From NCBI GenBank assembly GCA_012026655.1, contig JAAILG010001228.1, positions 1 through 64,000 on the forward strand: 64,000 nt of DNA, in the 5' to 3' direction. Each line of letters begins with the position of its first letter. Positions within the stretch are counted from its first letter, which is position 1. The notes beneath the pieces are model-generated. The model had not been told where the DNA came from and made no database searches. It was given only the letters and a program-made list of their open reading frames with translations. The position numbers and the translations under genes were made by a program. This DNA comes from Hydrolagus affinis (taxonomy: Eukaryota). Shown here one piece after another: positions 45,101 through 57,100 of the stretch.

Positions 45101-48100
45101 GGTGGTGGGTGGGGGGTTAAGGATTATAGTGCATAACGGTTTTTCATTCATTCATTGATGCACTTACAGAGGCCTTAAGGACATGGAGTTAGATGCTTCG
45201 TCTTTTGAAAAGCGATTTGCTTATAAATTCCTACAAAAGGTACTAAATTGTGTTGAATCAGGACATGAATTCATCATACATTTAGGTAAGTTGCAACATC
45301 CCATATACTATATACTTATTCAAATTTCCATCATTTATACAGAATTTCTTAATCACTGGAGTTTCTTAATATTTGGTTGCAAGCAGTCAGGGTTACTAAC
45401 TTCTTAATAGGATCTACCAGCACATGCTGATGGATACCATTTCTTTTAAAGCAACTATAGATTAATATTCTCGCTGATGCCATGTTAGCACTTGAGGTGT
45501 GGTTGCTGTTTGATTGTTGAAAGTCTTGGTACGTCCTCCCGACGTGAAAGGCACTATACAAATGTAATTTCGTTGTTGTTGCTTCTGATTGCCTTTTAAT
45601 ATTCAACATTACTCTTTCCATGGGTTATGACAGTTCACTTGTGCTTTTGTTGGTAGAGGCCATTGTCAGCAGCGGCAAAGCAGAGAAATCTCCACATGAG
45701 CAGGAGATAAAATTTTTTGCGAAGGTATGTGAATCGTTTCTGAAGTATTTGCCCACAAGTTACACACAGTCACACCATTTTACAGTATATCCTGTACACA
45801 GCTTTGAGACATTTCAGCAATGTATTATTATTGAAGACTGTTTCACTTTGAGGTTGAAACCAAATCTCTTTAGAAGAATATTAGGTTTCCAGGATCGTTA
45901 AAATGTAATATCTTGTTCCCATCTAAAGACAGAATCCGATTATTCCCAACGAATAATCCCATGCACAATAAAATAAAATCTGTAGGATTTTATTGCTGGA
46001 TTTTTTGGGGCAGATTTTGAAAAACTGTATATTGACTTATTCCTTCCAGATTATTTTAAGAAATTAAAAAAGGACACATTTAAATCAGATTGCTAACTAA
46101 AAAAAGCTCTAAAACTTATTGTATAGTTGTGATATTATTTGAATAATCATGAAAGTGATAATGTTTGAATTATTTTGTTTTTAATTTCTGTTTTAGGTTC
46201 TGCTTCCTCTGATTGATGACTACTTCAAGAACCACTGCCTATACTTCTTATCCTCTCCAACCAAGACTGTCAGCAGCAGTGGATACGCATCCAACAAGGA
46301 AAAAGAAATCATAGCAAGGTGGGAAGGCGTTCTATTCAACACTAAATTCAGCATGCTCTGACCAAATAGAGAGAAGGGTCTTGAAAGTATCAATATTGGA
46401 CATGCTGACAAATAAAACAACTAAACATTTTTAAAGCTGTTAATAACTAGAAAAGGAAGTCTTGGGAATAGAAGGTTTTACTGATAATTGGAGAACTTGA
46501 ACGTCCACCAACTTCATGTATATACTATATTAAGATTTTTCTTTCAACCTTGCATTTTCCCTTTATATTAATAACTTCATTACAACCAAAAGCATAAAAC
46601 ATTTACTGATTAAAAACTCACCAGACTCATGTTCTGTAGTTGATTATTTTGACAGGAGTAACTCGCTTTTTTAACTCTTGTTTACTATCTCTCATTTATT
46701 TTTCTGCTTTTCCATGCTTTTCTGTGTTAGTATTTTCTACAAACTTGCAGCCCTTGTCAGACATAGGATCTCACTCTTTGGTAAGCGTTGCTCTCTTCGT
46801 ACTCTTTACTTTCCGCTGTTGTTAGTTGGATTGCAGTCAATGTTTTTGCAAGTACATCAGACTAGTTGGGAAAGTGTTACCACTGCTAATTCAACCGTCT
46901 GAAAATCATAAAACAAATAATGCATGCTCTGACTCAAAGGCAAATCACACATCTTTCCTATCTTAGTAACGCTGTCACTTGTTCTGGCTTTCTGCCCTCT
47001 TTTCCTGAAGACACTCAATTAGGCTGAGATAGATAGAGTTCTATGAGCATTGAGAGCCCTCTTTGTGCAGTATCACTTGATCCAGATGTGTAGCTTTTAC
47101 ACAATTGATTGGGTTCTAAGGTGTAAAAAGTCAGAAATATTCTGAAGTGTTTTATGTTTCGTAGAAAGATGCATTTTCCAAACTGTCATGAAATTAACGA
47201 CATTCTGATGTTCCAAAAAAGATGTCTCGAATATTAAACTCAATTACAGTGTACCACATACAGGACAATGTATAGGAATTCTAATCTCTCCATTCTCACT
47301 TCTAAAGGAACTGATTCTGGTACAATAGTGAACTGTTTACACATCTTGGCACGGACGCTGGACACCAGGTGACTGTCACTTATTGTAATGTTTGTGAATT
47401 TAATTTCAGTCTTTCTGTTTATCTTTCGGCTCTATTAAATATTGTGCAGAATTGAATATTGTTCCAATCGCAAGATGAGAATATTCACACATTCCAAATT
47501 GTGTTTTTACAGAAATGTCATGAAATTTGGTTCAGAACTAGTGAAGGCTGGATTGCGTTTGTTCTTTGAAAATGCAGCAGAAGACCTTGAAAAAACATTA
47601 GAAAGTTTGAAACTTGGAAAAGTCTCACAGTCACGAACTCAATTAAAGGGAGTTACTCAGAATATCAATTATACAACTGTGGCTTTGCTACCCATACTGA
47701 CTTCACTATTTGAACACATTGGTCAACTTCAGCATGGGGTTCATGTTCTCTGTAAGTTTTTGGTTTGCTAATAATAGAGGGGACTGTAGCTAAGAAAGGG
47801 AGGGAAACAGAGTTGAACATTTTATAATTTATCCATATATGATAAAATTAATGCAATGATTCATCGCTGTCTTATATGATAGTGGAATTGACATAAAAAC
47901 CTTGCCACAACTATTTATAGCACTACTGAGCTCTTTCTCTCTGGTACTTAATTGGGATGTGATTGTCTGAATTTCCTAAAGGACGTTGATATGATAAGGT
48001 GCTGTAAAATTGCAAGTTTTTTGTAACAATTGAACAATTTACAGTGCAATTGGATGATAGAGGGAAAAAAAGTGTTGTGCTTTTTCTTGTATTATTTTGA

Positions 48101-51100
48101 TTCGAATTCAGTGAAGTAAATTTAAAATTCATACAATTTAGGATTTTCAAAAAAAAACATAATTTTGGTAAGTGTTTGCGACCATGTTATGTATACATTC
48201 ACTTATTGGCCATGATCTGTTTTGCAGTGGATGATGTTCAGGTTTCATGCTATAGGATCATGAGCTGTTTGTACACGTTAGGAATTGGAAAGAATGTCTA
48301 TGTTGAAAGGTAAGAAACACAGATTGCAATCATCATTGAGACTTTGAAATCATTTGTGTTTAAAGAACAAAGTAATACTACAGATCCATTAGAATGTACA
48401 GCAGAATTGGTTTGTTTTCTGCATCCAAAAAAGGAATAAAGAAACACAAAGCAAAGTAGATTTGTGCTCTCATATATTTTAATAACCTGTATCCAAATAA
48501 AAAGGGCTGCTTACTATGCCACTATAATTGAACGTTGAAATGTTACTCCAAAAATGATTGGCACTCCGCTAATTGCCAATTCAGCAAAGGGAATCTGCTT
48601 TATTGTCGTTCATTTATTTTGACATCTAACCATCTAAATGTGGCTTTGTTACACCAGTATAATATCTGTTGCCACACATTTGTAATTTGCTTCATAATCT
48701 TTTGCAATAATAATTCCTAAAGAAAATAATATATTGGTTATTTAAATCTACGACTGTTTGTGGGACACTACTGTGCGCAATTGAACACTGTGTTTCATCC
48801 ACATGTACAAATCAGATCACTTTACAGTATATTCTGTGAAGCACTCTGAGATGTTTAGAAAATGTGAAAAGCCCTATATCAAATGCAAGGATTATTATTG
48901 TTATTATTATTGGAGACTTAGTATGTTTTTTTTGTGTAGTTTGTTAAAGTGGTTGTGCTTTGAACATTCTGAATGAACAAATGTATATGTTTTATTCCAA
49001 CTTGAATTTGCTGATAGGCACTTCGGGTATGGATCGCCTCGTTTACATACCCCCCCAAAAAAAATCCTTGCATTTGATATAGCACTTTTCAAGTCTTCTA
49101 GACATCTTAAAGTGCTTCACAGAATATACTGTAAAGTAAATTGACTGTATATTTGTGGGTGAAACGCGACAGCCAATTGCGCACAGCAATGTCCCACAAA
49201 TGGAATCCAAGATGTGTTCAGAAAAGCAACCAATCACTTCACAAAATGCTGGCCAACGTTTCACACACAAATAAAACAGCCCGTGTCCAGTTCATCAGTC
49301 ACCGCATTGTATTCAAGTGTGTTGTAATACAGTTCTAAAGTTTTTCTAATCAGTTAATTTATTTGGACTTACCGTGGCTAGTTGCTCTCTTTGTGTTTGA
49401 ACCCAGGATGTCACTTTACCTTTCATCTTTACTCTTGTGTCCTAGGCAACGACCAGTCCTGGGGGAGTGTTTGGCAACGCTGGCAGCAGCCATGCCAGTA
49501 GCTTTCCTTGAAACGTCTCTCAACCAGCACAATCCAAAGTCAGTTTTCAACACAAAAACTCCTCGAGAACAAGCCAGTACGTACCACGGTCTTTAATGTG
49601 GATTTTCATTTTATAGGTTTAATTTATTTGTTAAATTGAAGCATTATATTGTTTGGTTTTTACAATCCATTAAATCATGTCGAAAGAGTCGCAGGGAGAA
49701 ATACCAGAAATATTGAGCAATTCAACATTTGTAATCCTCTTCCATTAAAGATCATCAATACACATCCTCTGGTGCTAGAACTTAATGAGTTTAATGCACT
49801 GTTGTATCAATCATATATGGCAGCACTCAATAGTTCCCAAAAACAAAATTCCCCAAAACAAAATCACTATGGGTTCTCAGCCCAGCTACTCAAGAAAAAA
49901 AAACACAAAGCTCGTAACATCACAGTCTCACGTCCCTCTGCTGTGGAGTCCTGTAGCTCAGTGGTTAGAGCACTCACCTGGCAAGTGAGAGACCTGCATT
50001 CAATTCCAAGCAGGGCGAAACCTTGGGCAAGTTTCCTTACTCCACACACTTGATAATAATCCCTCAAAAAAAACAATAATACATTGGTCATTTTCAGCTG
50101 TTTGTGGGACACTGCTGTGTGCAATTGGCTGCAGTGTTTTGCCCACAAATATACAGTTAATTCTCTTTACAATATATTCTGTGATTTTGGCAAAGCCAAA
50201 TCTAGGCTTTGACATGTCTAGAAGAAGTGAAAAGCGGCATATCAAATGCAAGGACTATTATTATCTGAACCCTGATGCAGGAAAGCAAGCTAGTTTGTGT
50301 ATGGTATTATGACTTTCTACTGTGCATACAGCATTTCCCACCTAGTTCAGGGCATCTGGTGGTCATTTTTTGGGGGCCAAATATCGTGATGAATTATAAA
50401 CACCGTGCACTTAGCAACACAGTTTTTCTATGGAAGTCTGTTTTGCATTTGACTGTTTCTCATTTACTAGATCAAATAACAAAGGAATTGTGTGGATGAA
50501 AACTGTCGGCATTGTGTTTACTTTGCAATTTTGCAATTGATGCAGAAAGGTCAACGTGTATTGTGACGTTACGTCCTAATGTGCCTATTGAATTTTCAAC
50601 ATCTTCTACATGGTGACCTTTATTTCAGACAGATTATTTGTTTATTGATGGTGAATACAGTGATGTGATATAAACCCTTGCGTGCCTAGTTCTAGGTTTG
50701 CCAAACACTGTTGAGGAGGTGTGTCCAGAGATTCCCCATTTGGAGAGGTTGATGAAGGATATCAAAGAACTGTCCGAGTCTGGAGCTCGATACACTGAGA
50801 TGCCCCACGTCATTGAAGTAATTTTACCCATGCTGTGTAATTACCTCTCCTATTGGTGGGAGCGAGGCCCCGAGAGCACATGTGAAGGACCTCACTGCAG
50901 CACAGTCATTTCTGAGCACCTTAGTTTACTGCTGGGCTATATCCTGAAAATCCTCAACAATAATCTGGGCATTGATGAAGCATCCTGGATGAAGAGACTT
51001 GCTGGTAAATGCACAGCAGATAGCTGTAACTCTTCTGTTATTGATGCATTTAATATTAGAGCATGTTTTTCTTAAAAAAAGTGTATGATGTTTACAAACC

Positions 51101-54100
51101 TCAACCCCACCCCCACCCCCCGCCCCATTTTAATTTAAAGAGTACAGTTGTGAAGTTGTTTTTCTTTATCCCTCTGCTCAGCGGACTCTGACCTGCTCCA
51201 TGTCCCCCATCCTGTAGGCTCCATAAACAGAGGTTGGGCCTTCATCCTTTCTGCCCCCACCTGTTGGAACTCCATTCCACAGTCCTTCGTCTCACCCCCT
51301 CCCATGCTCTTTTCAAGGCCAGTCCCAAGACCTTCCTCTTTTAATGCGCTTTCGGTCACCCTCCTACCCCGACTCTTCCTGCCCTCCAACCCTCCAGATT
51401 CCAACCCCCAGCTCGGGTGCACATCCCTGACTGTCCAGCTCGTTGGGACATCCTTCCGATATGAAAGGCATCTTACAAATGTAATTTATTGGGGTTGTTA
51501 TTATTGGTCTCCAGTACTTAAATATCACAATAACTGGCTGTCATTTTTGGGGGCTATTTAGTTTTTGCTCAGCCAATCATCAGCAAAGCGAAGCCTGAAC
51601 TACTCAAGCCACAGTTTCTGCCAACCCTGGAGAAACTCAAGAAGAAAGTGTTAAAGGTTGTTCAGGAGGAGGAGCAGCTGAGGGCAGATAGCAAAGCTGA
51701 TACCCAGGAAGCTGAGCTGCTCATTCTGGACGAGTTTGCTCTCCTTTGCCGAGACCTCTATGCTTTCTATCCAATTCTGATCCGCTACGTGGATTACAAC
51801 AGGCAAGCCAACCAGATTGTTTCTTAAATAACATGATTATGTGGACATGTTTATTATTTTTTATTAATTTAATACTGTTTGATAATTTTACCATCACTTG
51901 ACTGTATCATTCCCCTAAAGTTATTGAAATATTGACTGTTCACTGCTCACAGCCACCCCACTACTTGTCACCCGCGCTCAGATGGCAAGGTCGGCTGCAT
52001 AAACAAAACATAAAATACTACAGATGCTGGGAATCTGAAACAAAAACAAAAGTTGCTGGGGAAACTCAGCAGGTCAAGCAGCATCCATGGAGAAAGGAAT
52101 CTCGGGTCTACAGCCCTTCGTCAGACGAAGGGTTGTAGACCCAAGACGTTGACTCTTTTCCTTTCTCCACGGATGCTGCTTGACCTGCTGAGTTTCCCCA
52201 GCAACTTTTGTTTTTGTTTCAGGGTCTGCTGCATGTCTGTTGTCCCCTCCACCCACTCCACAATTGGCTGGGCTTTCAGCCACTAAGCCCGAAATCTATG
52301 GAACTCCTAATCTCATTCCATCCATCTTGCCCTCGTCTTTGCCCATCTTCAAATCACACCTGCAGATTCAACCTCAACCTTCAGTCACCTCCCTTTCTAG
52401 CTCAAGTACAAACTACATCACTGTTAAGTGCTCCAAGATGCTAAATGCATGGAGGGTGCTACATAAATGCAAGCAGTGGTTGTAAAGTGAAAAGATGCAG
52501 AATGATATGAAATTCCTCTTGTTTGTACAGTATTTGATGACAGATCTGAATCTTGAAAGTAAATTCTTGCACAAATCAAATTGGTATTAATTACTGATCT
52601 CCTCTGATAACATCATTTAAGATATCCAAGTTTGTTTGGCTGTTAAGGGTGCACAATTACAATAGACATAATTTGTAATAGTCATAATTTCAGCCTCTCT
52701 GCACCCACACTGTGGAACTCTATCCTGCAATCCCTTCACCTCACTTCCTCTCTTTCCTCCTTCAAGGCCGGTCTCAAGACCTTCCTCTTTGACCATTCCT
52801 TCTGCTCCCCTCCTAACTCTTCCACCTCTCCTACTCTCCTTCCCCCTATCCCGATCCTTCCCCACCCCCCACTCGGGTCCCGACCTGATTGTTCGGCGCT
52901 TTGGGACGTCCTCCCAACGTGAAAGGCGCTCTATAAATGTAATTTTGTTATTTTTTAATAAATGTCTAATTTCACGATTCTTCAATAACAATTTGCATGT
53001 CTTGTTTTCCTTCTCAGGGCAAGGTGGTTAAAGCTGCCAGGTGCAGATTCAGATGAATTATTCCGTATGGTGGCTGAGGTTTTCATCATGTGGTGCAAAT
53101 CACATGTAAGGAATTGATTTGCTCAAGCATTATTAAGGTTTGCGTGCAATATGCACAGTCAGTCCACTTTACAGTAAAAACCCTGTGAAGCACTTTGAGA
53201 CATCCCCACAAAACCATACATCAGATGCAAGAATTATTACTTCTATTATCCAGGGGTGAGATGATTTTTCACTTTGTGTTTTTAAATAAAAGAAAAAACT
53301 AATTACAAACAAATTTCTGGGACAAAGATTTCAATCACTGGCTTTTTCAAGCTTGGTAAAAGCAAAAATGTATTCTGCATCGCAGTTAGAAAGCTCACTC
53401 CTTAACTTGGAATAGGTAAAACAGCTCAATTGTTGGCTAATAAAGAGGAGAAGGAAACTCAAAAGCAGATATTGTGATATCTGGCAGGATTACTTTTTAC
53501 GTAATGCATAAAAAAACATTTAACTCTGATGATTTAACTCTTCCATTTAACTCACTTTCTCACAACAAGCTTCTGTTTCACAGAATTTTAGACGAGAAGA
53601 ACAGAATTTTGTGGTCCAGAATGAAATCAACAACATGGCTTTTCTGACTGCAGATAATAAGAGCAAGATGTCTAAAGTAAGTTTCCTGTTGCGTAACTTT
53701 CCAGCATATATCTGATCACAGTAGATATGCAGACACATATTTTGATTCATGTTTATCGTCAAAGTGAGTGAAATTACCGCTGTATCACTGTTGGTGAATG
53801 ACTGAAGTACAAAATTACAATAACAAAATTACATTTGTATCGGAAACGAATTAATCCATAAAAATTATAACACCCAACAAGTTGCCATAATTGGTCTCTC
53901 TTAATAGAAAAGTTAAATACAGTAAAAGCCCATTTATACGGCACCGGCGGGACCTGGCCATTGCTGGTTAAAGCGCCTGCAGCATATTCGGGCAGCCCAC
54001 GGCCGAAAACCCACCACAAGAAAATTAAAGTTCTTTTAACACACACTATACACACCAGACTAAATAATAACGGATAATAACACAATATTGTATTGTTACT

Positions 54101-57100
54101 TATTGTTAAAACTACTCTCTTGTGCTTCTCACCTTTACTGGTTGAGATTTACAGTTCAGTGATTTTTTTTAAATGGAGAATGCCGTGCGGGTGAAAAAAA
54201 CGGCAGCGCGACTTTAAAGCCTTAATAGTGGCAAGCCGATAACCCTAGACTCTACTAGCGACAAACCGATAAACCTAGACTCTAATAGCGACAAGCCGAA
54301 ATACTACAACTGCACGACAATGTGGGTTATCGGCTAGCGTTATCGGCTTGCCGCTAGTAAAGCTTTAAAGTCACGCTCCATTTTTTTCACCTGCTTGGCA
54401 TCCTCCATTTTAAAAAGAATTATTGGACTATAAACCTCAACCGCAGCATCATGACTTCAAGCGCAGCATCTACCAGTAAAGGTGAGAAGCGCAAGAGAGT
54501 AGTTTTAACAATAAGTACCAATACAATATTCTGTTATTATCTGTTATTATTTATGCATGTACAAATGCTCCACCACTATTGTTCCGGATAAGCTCCGGTT
54601 TATCGAATGGGGACTTTTTTTTTTGGCGTGACGGTTATACAGAAGTGCCGGTTCATCGAGTCACGGATAAACAGACTTCTACTGTACTGAGTTTTAAGTG
54701 CATGAATTATGTTTTGATTGTACTAATTGTTTTAATGATTTAATACATAATTTATCACTAATGGTCTTATTTAACTTTTCTTTTATGTTTCTTCTTTTTT
54801 AACGCAGTTTAAACGAGTTGGCCTAAAGGTCAGACTGCATGACTCTTGCAATAGTTCCACACTTGGCTTGGCAATTTAAATTGGTCAAAGCGCTCCCATT
54901 TGCAGTATACGTAGATCATAGCGTGTGCTATGCTTTTTGTCTCTCATCTGAAATCTCAACAGAAGGCTAAATGTGCTTGCATCATTACATCATACAGAGC
55001 AATTGGCTGCCACATTTCACCTACATTTCACCTACAAATATTCGCTTTACAGTATATTTTGTGATGCGTTTTGAGATGTCTAGAAGTCGTGAAAAGCTGT
55101 ATCAAATTCAAGGATTATTATTATTAGAAGAGTGAGCTGCAGTATAAACATTTGTAATGTATTTGTATCAAACTATGTCTTCCAAAGGCAAATCATATAG
55201 AGGAGAATACATGACAGGTTGCAAATACTGTTTATGAATATTAGCATATTATAAAGATAGCATAAAATCTGGTTATTAGTGGGCCATTGCTGAACACATT
55301 TGTTGCTTCATACAAAATAAACATTCACTTAACTTTACAGAAAAACTGTTGAAGCACCTTGAGACGTGGCAGGCTCTCATTATCAAATGCAAGAATGTTT
55401 ATTATTTTAATGCTTTACTGCCACAATTGAAGCTGAATCATCACACAAAAAAGAAATGGTTACAACAAACCTAGCAGAGTGAAAATGTTGTGCCACTTCA
55501 AATGTAGATTAACCAAGTGCAAAATGAAATTACCACTAGAAAGCTTTTATAAGAAATAAGTCAAATGGAAAATAAAATAAGTTTAAAAATCTTTGTTTTA
55601 AAGAATTTTGCAGGATTTAGTGTAACTGCCAGATGATACTTTAAAAAAGATATTCGGATGAGCTCCTTCCAAGAAATATGCAAGGATTGTTAGTATTATA
55701 AGATGTAGCATTAGAATTCATCTTTGTTGAAGTTGCCTTCTAGACATGGTGACATTATGTTTTTTCGGGGGTTGTTTTGTGATGAAGTGAGCCTGGGAAA
55801 GGAAAATGTTGCGGATGCTCAGAGCATCACTGACCTAAAGCAATGGTGGAAAAACTTTGTCTTGCTAATTGCTGATACAGATGTTAAAACACTTGAACTA
55901 CACACAGATTTAATTATTTTCATGCGAAAGCCACATTGCAGCTAGCTTGTCATAAGCACAGCTTATCAATACATTCCATTTGTCTTGTTAACATTATCAT
56001 TTTGTGTTGTTTGGATTTTTTTTCTAAGGTTGTTCCATAGATCACACAGAATATTATAAATTATGCAGTGGTACAGTGTTCTTACTTGTGTGAGAGCAAT
56101 ATTAGTTAAATAAAATCTAAATGCAAAGATTTTCATTATTTTTGCTTAAATCAGAACAATGCTAAATAGCTCAAGAAACAACCAATATTTTATTTCAGAA
56201 TGACATTTTTTATATATACTAAATGGGTGTTGGCAATTCAAAATTGATTTCTAGCCTTTCATAAATATGTGCAAAAATTCTCTTGTCCCTATCCCTCTCA
56301 GTCTGAGTCTACACAGCTTTGTTTGATTCTATTAAATGTTTAAATGGATTGCATCACCAACACTTTCTGACTTGTGGGGATTTGCAGATTATTCAACCAT
56401 TGTGGTTTAAATGACACTGAAGCCAATGAAGTGTGAGAGTATATAAATGGGAAGAGTGAATTTAGTGTATTTTATATAGTGTAGCTCAGTGGTTAGAGAA
56501 CTCGCCTCACAAGCAAAAGGATCGGGTTTGATTCCTGTGCAGGGTGAAACGTTAGGCAAGTTTCCTTACCGTACGTCTCTGTTTACCTAGTAGTAAATAT
56601 GAATCCAGTTTATTAGTCGATTGTCTGGAGGTAATAATTCCTTAAAAATAATTTGCTCACTCAATCCAGTTGTTCGTGAGACACTGCTGTACGTGATTAA
56701 CTGCCCTATTTCATTCACAAAATATACAGTCAATTCAGTTTACAGTATATTCTGTGAAGTGCTTTAAAACATCTCAAAGACGTGATAAGGTGCTATATCA
56801 AATGCAAAGAGTATTTTAATAATGGTGTTTCCTAATAGCTTCAGATAAGCAATCTTTGTGTCAAAGCATTTTACATGACGATTGTCCTTTTTGAAACTTT
56901 CATTAAACATCTTATTTTCTGCCAGCTTCATCTGGTTAAGTTCAGAACACAAGGTGACTTTATTGGAGACTTTATGTTACCTGCACAGCGGTGAAGGCTG
57001 TTGATACATATTACTGGATGGATAACACATCCTCTTTAAACCTCTATCCTACAATATAGTCACAGAGACAAATTGTACTAATAACATATTGGGACAACAA

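Noticed and set aside
49945-50020. tRNA-like sequences (also 40680-40753, 21900-21970, 56479-56550)
   Set aside because: SINE heads continuous with SINE body and tail; no intact cloverleaf
51932-52485. Cluster of ORFs sharing [21 protein letters not shown] on both strands
   Set aside because: Artefact of the 188-bp palindrome and the adjacent L2 fragment
54226-54304. About 30-bp direct repeats superficially like a CRISPR array
   Set aside because: No spacers; head-to-tail copies inside a DNA transposon in a vertebrate intron
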